A DNA stretch of 64,000 bases from Octopus sinensis. Lineage: Eukaryota. Where the stretch lies: assembly GCF_006345805.1 (NCBI RefSeq), contig NC_042999.1:160704001-160768000 (forward strand), in the 5' to 3' direction. Shown here piece by piece: positions 11,401-25,172 of the stretch. How positions within the stretch are numbered: position 1 is the stretch's first letter; every line of letters starts with the position of its first letter. The notes beneath the pieces were generated by a model. The model saw only the letters and a program-made list of their open reading frames with translations, did no database searches and was not told the origin of the DNA. Position numbers and translations under genes: made by a program.

Positions 11401-11569
11401 ATAATAATAATAATAATCCTTTCTTATTTTGGCACAAAGCCATAATTTTGAGGGGAGGGGAATAGTCAATTACATCATCTCCAAAGGGTAAAAAGTAAAG
11501 TTGACCTTGGTGGAATTTGAGCTCAGAACCCAGAGGCAGATTAGATTACGCTAATCATTTTACTCAACA

Positions 11570-11629
<60 letters not shown>

Positions 11630-12296
11630 CCTAATAATCCTTTCTACTATAGGCACAAAACCTGAAATCTTTTGTGGGAGTGGAGGCCAGTCAATTAGAT
11701 CAACCCCAGTATGCGATTGATACTTAATTTATCGATGCCAAAGGGTTGAATGGCAAAGTTGACTTTGGCAGAATTTGAACTCAGAACGTAGTGATGGGCA
11801 AAATACCACTAAGCTTTTTGTCCAGTTGCCACCATAGTAATAATGATGATGATGATGATAATAATAATAATAATAATAATAATACTTTCTACTAAAGGTA
11901 CAAGGCCTGAAATTTTGGGGGAGGGGACTAGTCGGTTACATTGACCCCAGTGTTTTACTGGTACTTAATTTATGAACCCCAAAAGGATGAAAAGCAAAGT
12001 CAACCTCAGCAGAATTTGAACTCAGAACATAGCAATGAGTAAAATACCACCAAGCATTTTGTCCAGTGTGCTAACAATTCTGCCAGCTTGCTGCGTTAAC
12101 ACCAACAACAACAACAATTATAATAAATAGCTCTAGTGGATTCTGTAAGAACAAACAAGTTGCTATCTGCTCTTACAGAAGTAAATGGTGGTCTACTTGA
12201 GCTATTTCATAAGGTAGATAATAGGTCTCCACAAAATCAAATCAGTCTAACATCATCATACAATTAGCATCCTAACAATGCCTAAGCTATCTTTAA

Positions 12297-12519
12297 CTCT
12301 TTAGCATTTAAAATAGCCATACCCAGCCCAAATATTCAACCCATTTTATGTTCAAACTAGCCACCTCTTACCCTTACCCAACAATGCCATTCTAAAAAGA
12401 ATAACAAATAAATAAACACTCATATCATTGAAATCTCAAAGCTATGAGATAATGCATGACTAATTTTTAAAAATGTTAATAAATATTACATTTGATGGAA
12501 TAATCTGAATGTTAAAGGG
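12297..12519. mobile_element. piggyBac-type MITE family E
   Basis: TTAA|C(C)CTTTAG...AAAGGG|TTAA termini; copies at 23455-23665, 32843-33775 (split), 36301-36876 (split), 45861-46080, 60125-60776. Confidence 0.75.
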
Positions 12520-13118
12520 TTAATGTAGGCATGCTGTATGATGGTTTAGACTTTTACACATGTGACCTGACCCTATTTTATAAGTAGGTAGAAGATTTTT
12601 TTAAGGGAAATTTAGCCTCTACATTGATCAGGTTAATAAAATAAATGCTCTAATAGATGCTTAGGTACTCATCATAATGGTATAGTAGTTATTCTAGAAG
12701 TAATATAGTAACTAAAATGTTATGATTAATTGAACCTACTATCAAGAAAATAAATCTAATTTCAAATGAAAAGTTAATTACATCCAATATCTATTTTTGT
12801 TGTAGCCAAGGCAGTAAGCTGGGAGAACTGTTAGCACACTAGGCGAAATGCTTAGTAGCATTTCATCTATCTTCATGCTCTGAGTTCAAATTCCACCAAG
12901 GTTGTCTTTGCCTTTCATCCTTACAGGGTCAGTAAAATAAGTACCCCCTCCCCAAAAATTGCTGGCCTTGTACCAAAATTTGAAATCTATATCCATTTTT
13001 GGCTGTAGCCATGAAATACATGCACAAATTTACAAAAGGATCAAATCTGTTGAAAGCAAAAGATGAAAGTCAAGTCTTTTTTTAAAAGAACAATGCTTTT
13101 GAGTGGATTTCAGTTTAA

Positions 13119-13337
13119 CCTTTTCGTTACTGTATTTATTTTGAGATGCTCTGTTTCTTTCAATTATTTTAAATATAACAAAGAATTTAGTAAAATAACT
13201 TAGTTATCATTAAGCTAGTATAAGGAACATAAATTGGGATTCAGGTTTGGTGGTTGATTTTTATTCAAAATTTATAAAAACAAGACCTTTGTACTACAGA
13301 GCCAGAGCCAGTTTTGGCCGGGTTGGTATCGAAAGGG
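13119..13337. mobile_element. piggyBac-type MITE family F
   Basis: TTAA|CCTTTTCGTTAC...CGAAAGGG|TTAA; second copy at 60140-60360. Confidence 0.75.
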
Positions 13338-14361
13338 TTAAATCCCAAGTAATAGAATTGGAGAAGCTAACGCTAAAACTTGAAAATCTTTTCAAATCAA
13401 CAGATTCAGATTCTTTGGTAATTAAACTGTAAATAATCTGTATCTTAAAGAATCAACCTCTTACAAAAATGTACATAATGAAGTTATAAATAATAAGAAC
13501 TTAGATGTCTAAAAACAACAAAAAACAAAATGAACTTTGCCAGATGAAAAACAAATTAAACATGAGTCTGCATGTATTACAGTTGTCTGTACTCGACAAA
13601 ATGCCCCAGCATGGTCACAACCAATGACTGAAACCAGTAAGCAAAAAGAAAACAGTATACACTTCATGTTTCAATTGTATAAATCTTGAAGAATGGCAAT
13701 TGTTAAAACCCATGTAAATATTTGAATAAATGATTAAAAATATAAATATTGATTAAAAATATAAAAAACAATTGGTTTTAATATTCATTTATTCATTTTA
13801 TTTAATATTTACTTTTTTTTTATAATTTATTGAGAAAGAGTGAAAGTTATCTAGTCTTGCCAGTCTAGAAGAGACTGGGAGGTAGAGTAATATTACATTT
13901 AACATTTTATTTCAACTAATGAAACAATGAGTGAACTTCTGGGTGGTCTCTCAGACTGTTCAAAACAAAAACCAAATCTCTCAAACTATAATCTACCACA
14001 CTCCTCTCCAGAAAACAGAATACATTAAACAAAGTAATTCTAGAAGTTCTATGTCTGAAGAAATACAAAATGAAGGGCAAAGTTAACATTCCAGCAATGA
14101 CTATCCCATCCCTTTCTTAAGACATTGTGCAATGTATACCATCTTTTCAAGTTAGTAAGGTTTTGGCAGTTCTTTCTAGCTTGTCAAGTAATTACATAGA
14201 GGCTTATTTACTGACTTGAAAATATATTTGCTAATTTCAGTTAAGCCTATATTTAGAGACACAAGAACAGATTGAAGAAGGAAAACCCCATCCTGCAAGA
14301 TATTCATACCTAACTGAAAATAATAAGCTTGTCAGACACAGCCAAGTCATCATTCATATTA

Positions 14362-14780
14362 TCTTTTACTCTTTTACTTGTTTCAGTCATTTGACTGCGG
14401 CCATGCTGGAGCACTGCCTTTTAATCGACAACTCGACCCCGGGACTTATTCTTTTGTAAGCCCAGTACTTATTCTATCGGTCTATCTTTTGCCGAACCGC
14501 TAAGTAACGGGGACATAAACACACCAGCATCAGTTGTCAAGCAATGCTAGGGGACAAACACAGACACACAAACATATACACACACACACACACATATATA
14601 TATATACATATATACGATAGGCTTCTTTCAGTTTCCGTCTACCAAATCCACTCACAAGGCTTTGGTCGGCCCGAGGCTGTAGTAGAAGACACTTGCCCAG
14701 GGTGCCACGCAGTGGGACTGAACCCGGAACCATGTGGTTGGTAGATAAGCTACTTACCACACAGCCACTCCTGCGCCTAT
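14362..14780 (-). mobile_element. Full-length tRNA-derived SINE family A
   Basis: Minus-strand head ataggcgcaggagtggctgtgtgg...gggttcagtccc (A/B boxes), internal CA/TA tract, (agtaaaag)n tail. Confidence 0.85.
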
Positions 14781-15202
14781 ATTGCAAACATATGAATATA
14801 AAAAAAAAAGATGACTAAACAAAAATAAAACAAAAGCAAGCATAGATTCCTACCTTCCAAACTTTTTAACTGTGAAATTAGGAAACCCAAATATAGAACT
14901 GCATATAATAGTCTTTATATATTAAGATTTCTATTTGACTGTCTACGTTTATATGTAGACTTTCCATTAAAAATGAAAACATTGTATTGTTCCTTTTAGA
15001 GCTTAAATACAGAGATGTATTGGATGAAACAGTAAAGTGGTAATAGAAGTTGCAAATAGTGTATATATGATGAAAGAATTGGATGCAGCCAAACAGGAAA
15101 TTGTGATGTTAATAATAAAAAGAAGTTCCTAAAGTCATTCATAAAATTATGTCTACCATAAGGACTCATTTAACTGATGCCAATATAGAACTTTACAAAA
15201 CG

Positions 15203-16012
15203 ATCATCATCATCATCATCATCCTCGTTTAATGTCCATTTTCCATGCTAGCATGGGTTGGACGGTTCAACTGGGGTCTGGGAAGCCAAAAGGCTGCACC
15301 AGGCCCAGTCTGATCTGGCAGTGTTTCTACAGCTGGATGCCCTTCCTAACGCCAACCACTCCGTGGGTGTAGTGGGTGCTTTTTACGTGCCACCTGCTCA
15401 GGTGGCACGTAAAATAATAATAATAATAATAATAATGATTAAGAGGACACTTGGACAGTTATATATTTAGTTATGGGGCAAGTGAAATTGAAATCGGAAT
15501 TGAAATTGAACCAATCCTATGACTGGCACCTGGCAGATGCCAGGAGCCCTGGACTGGAGATACGTAAAAAGCACTATCCGAATCGTGGCCGATGCCAGCG
15601 CCGCCTCGACTGGCTTCCGTGTCGGTGGCACGTAAAAAGCACCATACGAATCGTGGCCGAAGCCAGTGCCACCTCGACTGGCTTCCGTGCAGGTGGCACA
15701 TAAAAAGCACCATCCGAATCGTGGCCGAAGCCAGTGCCGCCTCGACTGGCTTCCGTGCAGGTGGCACATAAAATGCACCAATCCGACCGTGGCCGATGCC
15801 AGCCTCGCCTGGCTCCAGTGCAGGTGGCACGTAAAAAGCACCCACTACACTCACGGAGTGGTTGGCGTTAGGAAGGGCATCCAGCTGTAGAAACATTGCC
15901 AGATAAGACTGGAGCCTGGTAAAGCCTTCTGGCTTCCCAGATCCCCGGTCGAACCGTCCAACCCATGCTAGCATGGAGAACGGACGTTAAACGATGATGA
16001 TGATGATGATGA
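15203..16012. mobile_element. Two oppositely oriented RTE 3'-end copies (15203-15412 minus; 15470-16012 plus)
   Basis: Both show ccatgctagcatgg and outward-pointing (GAT)n tails; the plus copy has ~5 tandem 67-68-bp units. Confidence 0.8.
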
Positions 16013-17746
16013 TGGTATATACCACATAGTAAATAACGACAACTTTAGTCAGTCCATTAAGTAGTCCTGGGATTGTTCCTGGGTGTATTAATGAATGAAA
16101 GTCTTGCTACTTAAAGCATAAAATAGTTATCCTGGACCCACAACATTCAATGCAACATTTGCAATACACATCCCCGATAAATGACAAAGGCTGCTTTTGA
16201 AGATGCTTAGATCATCATTGAAGGAATAGAAGGGGTTAAGGGGGAGAAAGCTCATGTTCTGAGAGAGAAATGAAAATAGAAGATGAAATTTTTGTTTTAA
16301 TAGTGACAATGATTCTTGTCATTTATGGCCACCAGTTCAATTAACTAAAAGTGAAATGAGCCAAGTCAGTGAGGAATACCCTATGTGGTTATTTGGACCA
16401 TCTTGTATTAGTAACTGACTCTTTCAAACTACTCCTTCATGTCTTACAATAGATTGATAACAGCACTCACTGAATTCACCATCTTTCTTTTCACTATTAG
16501 GAGCAAAGATCATTCACACATTTTCACATAACACAAAAAGAAATACAAACACCAGGAATTGCTTACCACACCTGTACAACATTCACACGTAAACTACATA
16601 GTTCAGAAAGCAAGACAATGCACAAACATACTTAGTGTTCCTAGGCATCACATTTGACCAACAGAAAGAAACAACACAAGCCTGCAAAGAATTATATTAA
16701 ATCCAGCATGGAATAGGTGAATCATGCCTAACCCCAATCTCTTCACAAGAAAAAAAGACAAAACAGCAGATTTTACATAATCATATATCATACATAGTGT
16801 AGAAGCCAAACACATGGACTCAAACCAATAAGGGTGTTTCTACACTGATGCTTGTCCTGCTTGAAATAGCAGCCAAATTTCTCGGCTCCCTGTCTTACTA
16901 TCTTTAAATATTCAAGAAAGGATAATGTACTCTTATATAAACAATACAAAAAAAAAAAAAGAAAGAAAAAAAGAAAACAGAAAACAAAGACACTGTGATC
17001 AGACTAGAATGTTCTGACCACAAATGTACCTCAGGCCAGCTCACATGGTTGGAATGGTATAGCTGTCAAATACACTCAAATATTCTAGATCATACCCCCA
17101 CAAAAAAGGCCATCTGGTTGATTAGTAAACTGTCATTAAGAAATACCCTCTAACCAACATAATAGTGGTCCCTTCTGCATAACTACAATGGTTTTTGCTT
17201 GCTTTAAATAACCAATATGTGCATGTGCCCCAACAAAAGTTGGATACATTTGCCTCTCTTTGATCATTCCTACTGTGTCTCCCCACAAAACACAATTCTA
17301 ATCATTTCACCCAAACCTTTACTTCAGTGCTGCCCAACCTTTTCCGAACATGGGCCGGATTTAAGAAAAAACGATGCTAGTGGGCCGGACTTACATTTCT
17401 AGCCTTTCGTTTTTTAATACAACTATTTGAAATAGTTTGAAAAAGTATTCAGAACTGAAAACATTGATTCTATTATTCTATTTATAGAAATTGTCCATTA
17501 TACAATTATAATTCATAACTCAATTTAAACATAGGGGTCCTACATATGATACTGTTTCTATTACTTCTTCACTGCTATCAAAAAATTATAGTCTCCAGAT
17601 ATTACATGAATACGAAATGACCATTAAAAATTTTGATTTAGAACCTTACATTCTATAAAACAAATTTAACAATTGATCAAGATTAAAAAAAACATTTGTT
17701 CAAATAAATGGCTTATATTTCAATAATAAAACAATTTTATTTTAGA

Positions 17747-18143
17747 CTAGTAGTATCGCCCGGCGTTGCTCGGGTTTGTAAGGTAAATAACTATATAAGC
17801 ATTTTTAGAGATGTAAAGTATAATAGCCATCTCAATATGGCTAACCACAAAGGGGGGGCTGTTACTGTAGCTTTTTACGTTCTGAGATTTAATAATAAAT
17901 TTTTAGAGAGTTACTTCCCTTATATATGCCAAAAATGCATTAAAAATGGGAAAAATTGATGGTAATTTTTTTTTTAAATCGTAGACTCATTGTAGACGCG
18001 CGCTAATACCCAGAAGGGCTCGATATGAATCACGACTATAAGATACCCGGTTTTGGTTAAACTGCACCACAAAATGTAGGAGTAGTTAGGAATCTAAATC
18101 GTAGGAGACAGACAGCACACAACCTCACTTTTATATATAAAGA
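17747..18143 (-). mobile_element. Non-autonomous Helitron (397 bp) nested in the hAT
   Basis: Minus strand 5'-TC...CCCGAGCAACGCCGGG hairpin...CTAG-3', inserted between A and T, no TSD. Confidence 0.8.
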
Positions 18144-20311
18144 TGTATACCAGTAATGAACGAAAATATCAGTGAGAAACTTGAAATTGTTTCGAGTCAT
18201 CAAGAAGCTTTTCAATGTCTGCTGGAATATTTGTTAAGGCCAGTCGGAGTTCATCTTCGAGGTGAGCATCACTCAAAGAATTTCTTTTGTTCGATTTTAC
18301 CAATTGCATGCGACTGAAGAGGTATTCACATATCCACGTCGAACCGAACAAAACGAGAAAGCATTTTGAGTAGCAAGTAAGATTTGGATGTTGAGTGTGA
18401 GGCAGACCGTATTTGTAGAAATCCATCAGATTCCTGTTTAAAAAACTGACTCTTGACATCAAAGTCACTTTGCAATTCATTCAATTCCATTTGAAGCAGG
18501 ATCCACGTCAAAAGGCATTGAAAAAATTTTCAGCTGCTCTTCACAAGCACGGAAATCCTTAAATCTCCTGGCAAATTCTTCCTGCATCCATTTTAACTCG
18601 CTCACAAAGAATTCCCGATTTATGGCTGAAATGTGCAGCTGTTTCTGAAGGCAAGAAAAGTGAGCATAATTGCTGTCAGCAATTTGAGTAATCCACAAAT
18701 CCAGTTTCTTTTGGAAAGCTGTCACCTCCCCAAACAAATTATGGATGAGTTTTTCTTTTCCTTGTAACCGCACATTCAACTCATTCAGCTTGTGTGTAAT
18801 GTCCACCAGAAAGGAAAAATCATTCATCCATTAGTCGTCATCAAAATTGATGCATAAATTTCCTTTTGCTTCAAAAAATGCTGCCACATGTTCTCGAATA
18901 TCGTAAAAGCGTTTCAAAGTACGTCCACGGCTGAGCCCCCTGAAAAGGAATGCCAGAAAATTTGGCGTTTATCTCATCGAGAAAATTTCGAAACTGTCGA
19001 TGATTTAATGCGCGACTCCGAATGAAGTTGACAGCTTTCACGACATTATCCATGACGTGATCAAACTTAATGATTTTGGAGCAAAGTGATTCCTGATGTA
19101 TAATGCAATGGTACCACAATATTTGGTCTTTACTCACATTCAGGGATTCCAGTTTTCTTTGGATAAAACCACACAAGCCTTGTTCCTTGCCGATCATGGC
19201 CGGTGCACCATCGGTAGCAATTCCCACCAGGCGATCGTAAGTCAGTCCCACCTTTTCGAGTGCAATATTGATTTCTTTGAAAACAGCAGCACTGTGCAAT
19301 TTTCTTTCATGGGGCATAGAGCAAGTAAATCTGCAGTGATATTAAAACTTGAATCAACACCTCTCACGAAAATCGCCAGTTGTGGTGTATCAGTTATGTC
19401 AGTAGATTCGTCGATGGCAATGCTGTAAATTTAGAAGTTTTTACGAAGTTTCTTCAACTGCATTTTCGTATTTTCAGCCAGTTCTTCAATCCTTCAGGTT
19501 ATTGTATTACGCGACAAGCTAACACATATTATAGCCTTCTCTTTCTCTGGGTACAGAATTTCAATTGCTGAGGTGATACATTCTTTGAGAAAGTCTCCTT
19601 CCAAAAAAGGTTTCGTGATGCATGCGATCTTTTCAGCAATGATGAAACTTACTTTGGCGTATTTTTTCAATCCATCATCTATTTTCTGAAAAATATTCTG
19701 TTGCGAGACTAAATTCCTTTGAAGTAAAAGTACTTTCTCCTTGCGTTGATCTCCTTCATAACGATTATGGGTCGAAGCATGCTTTAATGTGTAATGCCAT
19801 TTCACATTTTCAACTTTTGGAATTGCGATTGTTTCACCACAGGTCAGACAGAGACATTTTGTATTTGATTCCACAAAGAGATGCAAATTTGTCCATGCCT
19901 CGTTAAACCTGTGATTCCCCTTGTCTACTTTTCTGATTTTTCTAGCCGACGCCATGGATGAACAAAATTTGAAATTTATTGGGAAAAAGAAACTACTGTA
20001 ATTTGCTCATCGGTATAAGGCTTCCGTATCACATGAATTATTCATTCATCCACCAAGAATTGGTCTTCAAGCACAAAATCTAATGAAATTCTTAGGCAGT
20101 GATTTTCCCCATTGATTGAGCGATGTTGTGATTGGCTGCTGGCTCAAGCCAGCTTGACTTTACAGTTTTCAGCCACAACACGGTCAGCATGCTTAAAACA
20201 ATCCCTGTTGCAGATAAATCACGTCTCATAATGACGTATGGAGAAGACCTGCGTGAAGCACACTTCCTCAACATAAAGAGGATACTTTAATGTGATTTTT
20301 TTATGATCTCT

Positions 20312-20714
20312 CGCTTTTACTCTTTTACTTGTTTCAGTCATTTGACTGTGGCCATGCTGGAGCACCGCCTTTAGTCGAGCAAATCAACCCCGGGACTTAT
20401 TCTTTGTAAGCCCAGTACTTATTCTATCGGTCTCTTTTGCCAAACCGCTAAGTGACGGGGACGTAAACACACCAGCATCGGTTGTCAAGCAATGCTAGGG
20501 GGACAAACACAGACACACAAACACACACACATATATATATACATATATACGACAAGCTTCTTTCAGTTTCCGTCTACCAAATCCACTCACAAGGCATTGG
20601 TCGGCCCGAGGCTATAGTGGAAGACACTTGCCCAAGATGCCACGCAGTGGGACTGAACCCGGAACCATGTGGTTGGTAAGCAAGCTACTTACCACACAGC
20701 CACTCTTGCGCCTA
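20312..20714 (-). mobile_element. SINE family A nested in the hAT
   Basis: Near-identical to 14362-14780. Confidence 0.85.
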
Positions 20715-22471
20715 TCTACAAATACATTTTTTGTAATTTGTTTTGCAGATACCCATAAATTGAAGACCGACTAGTGGGCCAGATCCGGCCCGTGGGCTGG
20801 ACACTGGGCAGCACTGCTTTACTTGAACTGTAAACCATTTGAAACACCCAGCCCATTTTCTGTACAGACATCAAATTGTGGAAATTCAAAGTGAATACCA
20901 AGTACATCTACTTTCCCAGTTTAGGTTATGGGCACTGTCCCTTCTTAAAATAACATTTTTAAATAATACCAAACTCTCCAATTGCTACCAACTTATCTGC
21001 CCTACATCTTGTTTCACTCAGTAGATCAGTTTTCAGCATATTTTCTTTGTAACTAATGAAAGTTTTATGTTTTTTTATGCTCCATTTTACACCCAGAGTG
21101 TCCTGTTACATTAGTGATATAGATCATAATGTATCCTTTGACGATATTTGTATGACTAAGTTTTTGATCATTTGTTATAAACATCAGAAAGGGTTCTTTC
21201 TCAAGTATTCAAGAAAATTTACTATTACTATGTTCATTATATACTTTATTTAGTCAATGAACGATGTCCATGAACAATGAACAAAAAAATATTTTATGTA
21301 AAGGTTGGTATTTGTGACACCTAAGCACTTGTCATTCTGAAGAAACTGACTAGTAACAACTGACAATGGTTTCTTATGTCAACTTACCTGTCTTACAAAG
21401 CCCATCCCAGATTGCCATAAAAGGACAACAAAGCTATTTCCTCACCATAGAAGGTAGTTGGTCTACTACTATATTGTAAGTAGCCAAGACAATTATTAAT
21501 GATACTCCTCTACAGTACAAGGAAATCTCCACTTGTTATTCATATGGATTACAACAATGGATGATGATCACTTTTGCAACAGAAATGGAAACATTGTTAA
21601 ATTACAAATAAATTATACTTTAAGATTGACAAGAAGGTAAGGTAAGGTTTTATTTTTACAGTGTAGTTTTTTGACCTGTAGCTAGCTTTAGTTTAGATCA
21701 AGACAGGTTTTTACTTCAAAGTTATTTGTTCAGATGACATGTATACAAAGTGACTATTATTAATGCTATTTCCCCTTCAACTTTGTTTCCATTCATTAAG
21801 GAACCTACTTGCAATTTTATCACGTATTTAGGTTATGTTTATTTTCGAATTTAAATGTTTATCACAGTTAATTGAGGTCAGACTTATTATTTTTCCAAAG
21901 TGAGTGATTATATACATAACACACGCAAAATATTCTCAGTCATTGAGTTTCATTAATGAATAAAATAAATTTCCAGTAATCAAATATAATTGCAGACTGT
22001 TTTCCTATAAATTTACATATGAATCTATGACATTAAGATTTGGCAATATTCAGTAAGTGGAAGTTTCATGATCAAAGGAATAAACTTTTAAGGACAAAAT
22101 TAAAAGAGGTCAAGTATATCTAAAAACAAACTTCATGGCAGATACACAAAGGAACCCTGATATGGTTGTTGAACAACAAGCACTGCCCAAAAATGGAATT
22201 CAATGCATTCTTTACTAGTCTTCTGAAACTGGTGAAATGTATTGGTTTATTAATAAAACAAAAGCTGAGATTTCCATGGGAGAGAGAAAAGTGAAATGAA
22301 AAACAACTTGTGATCAAAACTAGGTTACTTGCTATAGATTTACAATACACATAACAAATTTTAATTTAAAAATTCATACCCACTATATATATATATATAC
22401 CAGAGTAAACACATAAATGTGAAACAAGGTGGAAAAAAAGAGTACTCAAATACCAGTAGTAGAGTAATATG

Positions 22472-22657
22472 CTTTATTTAAAGCAGCAGAAAATTCAACA
22501 AAATCTGTTACTCTGAGTTTCTCGTTGCCATTCATGAGACAGTTTTTGTTAGACAGTTTTTTTGTCAGACAGTTTTTCTAACAAAAACTATCTGATGAAC
22601 GGCAACGAGAAACTCTGAGTAACAGATTTTGTTGAATTTTCTGCTGATTTAAATAAA

Positions 22658-22658
<1 letters not shown>
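22472..22658. repeat. 81-bp inverted repeat, each arm carrying a minimal hammerhead motif (miniature inverted Penelope pLTR)
   Basis: Arms 22472-22552 and 22578-22658. Plus copy: CTGATGA-ACG GCAA CGA-GAAA-CTCTGAG-TA-ACAG. Minus copy has a better stem I but core CTCATGA. Confidence 0.7.
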
Positions 22659-22708
<50 letters not shown>

Positions 22709-25172
22709 TATGTAAAGTTTTGTTCAAATTGTAATTTTTTACTTCTTTTAAATATGATAATATAGAAATTGAAATACATTCACACAATACCCTAAGACTA
22801 TATACCACATTATATAAATGTTAAAAGTTATTTTATATGGCACCATGGCCAACATTTATAACAAAATTGTAGCAGTTGACTGAACAGATCAACCCCAGTA
22901 TATTAGTTATTTTAAAAACAATAATGTGAAAGCTAAAGTTAATAGTAGTGAAATTTGAATACAGAAATAAGATGAAAGAAATACTATAAATTTAGTTTAA
23001 CATTATACTATTCCTGGCATTCCAAGAGTCTAAGAAGTTGTGAAAATCTTAGTTGAAACTCAATTCAAACTTCGTTACCTTATAACGCAATTCCTTCGTT
23101 TCAAACCTATTTCTTTATTACCCACAAGGGGCTAAACACAGAGCGGACAAACAAGGACAGACATAGGTATTAAATCGATTACATCGACCCCCAGTGGGTA
23201 ACTGGTACTTAATTTATCGACCCCGAAAGGATGAAAGGTAAAGTCGACCTCGGCGGAATTTGAACTCACAACGTAACGCACACGAAATACCGCTAAGCAT
23301 TTCGCCCGGCGTGCTAACGATTCTGCTAGCTCGCCTTGGTTTCAAACCGATTAACAATACGTTGAATTACATTAGGTTAGAATCAAACCTAAGAAACACA
23401 AAGAATCCACTGCAGTTATTGAAACAACATCATTATGGAATTATCCATATTTAACCCTTTAGTGTTCGCATTATTTTACCAAAAGTAATGCTTTTTTATC
23501 CACATTGTTTTGAATTAATCATGCATTATCTTGTAACTTTGAGAGTCTGATGAGGTAATTGTTAATTTTTAAAACAATATTGTAGGGTTGGTGTGAGAGA
23601 CCAGATCTGGCCAGTTTGACCATAAAACAGGCAGAATACTTTTGGCCGGTTTAAATGCTAAAGGGTTAAATGAAGTGGCCTACATGTTTGTGTTTTTCAA
23701 TGCTTAGTATGTGTAGAAACGCACATTATTCAAGTCAACAAAGCAGCCACCATTTGGTCACTTGACAAGATAAAAAAGATAGCAGCCAAATGCCCTCTAA
23801 AATTACATAGTACCATCTTATAAAATGAAGGGTAAGTTAAAAGAGGAAAAAGAAAAACAAAAGAATGGCTCTACTGAATCAGCGCTGGTCTGAAGTTAAA
23901 CTTCAAAATAACTACGACACATATCTATTGTAGTTCCTCAACTAAGAATTTGGTGTGCTATGATAATGACTATTTTGCACTAGCATTTACAGTTTTATAA
24001 ACAATACTATTATAAGTCTAATGTATTGTCCAAGGGTATGTTGCATGCATACAAACATACACAAACACACACTTATATACATAACATGTTTATGCTCACA
24101 TACATTCAAATGGACATTCAGGCACAGACACCTGTATGCATAAGATCCTAAATAAGGTCATCATTTAGAGGTCAACAACATTGTTGAGTGTTTAGAAATT
24201 AGTCATCATGCTGATGACTAGACATTATTATTGCAAGACTAGTCACTGTTATTGCAAGGTTAATTACACATTAATTTTGTATGATTAATTCCTATCATCT
24301 GCTAATGTTGCTAATCAGAAGAACATATGATAAAGTTTGTTTAAGATAATAGCATCCTTTGACATAAATTCAATAATAAATAATAGCATCATTTGATACA
24401 AACTTATTCGCAACCAAATATGCTTGGTAATTTCTTATACATTAGAACTGATAATTGTAAATTATTGTAATGAGGAGAGGTCAAATGGTTAAGCGGATAA
24501 AGTATCGAACTCTATTCGCTCAGTTTATGTGTCATAAGTTCAAATTCATAGCACATGCTTTGTTGTATTTCCGGGCAAGATATTTCATTCCAAGTACCTA
24601 ATTACACTAAATTCTTGGGAATATACAACAGATTTCCTTTGGTAAACAAGAGATACCAACAGAAGACAAACTACTTAAGAACTCTGCTCTGGGTCTTATT
24701 CTTTTAGCCTTCACTATTTACAGGCAAGTCACAAGGTAGTGAGGTTATTTAAAACACTAGCTTGAGTGATTTCATGACTTTGATTGCTACATATTATCAC
24801 CTGCTAATGTACCAATATCCTATCTATTTTGTCTACCTGGCTGGCACTATTCACATTAGACTATTCTATAAGGATTCGTGCCACATACTTCCAAGACCTT
24901 AGAGTCTTCATTTGTAGTAAATTAATTGAGAAACTGTAAAGGAAAATAGGACACACTTCTTACTCTTTTTAAAGATATTTCATTTACCCTTTTACATCAT
25001 CTAGCCAAGGCTGTAAACATAGAAAATATATACAATAATTATATGCACTGATTATAATCAAGATAAAAATGCTTCTAACTTAAATAAGATGTTTACTAAC
25101 AATGAATTCAGTAAGATTCTATCTTTAAAAGTATGTATTTTTTTACAGTTATCAGAACACAAATATTCCAAA

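Larger units (their letters stand above)
17325..20816 (-). mobile_element. Complete but dead hAT DNA transposon (Charlie/SPIN/GTF2IRD2-like transposase)
   Basis: TIR CAGTGCTGCCCA at both ends; 8-bp TSD CTTTACTT (17317-17324, 20817-20824). Transposase 19955->18169 has IAIDESTD, IATDGAPAM, HCIIHQE and FGSTWICEYLFS, with several frameshifts/stops. Confidence 0.93.

Noticed and set aside
25089-25172. N-terminal extension of LRR copy 2 from the ORF-track start
   Set aside because: Lies mostly upstream of a good splice acceptor (~25148) and has no counterpart in copy 1; homology begins just before ATG 25173
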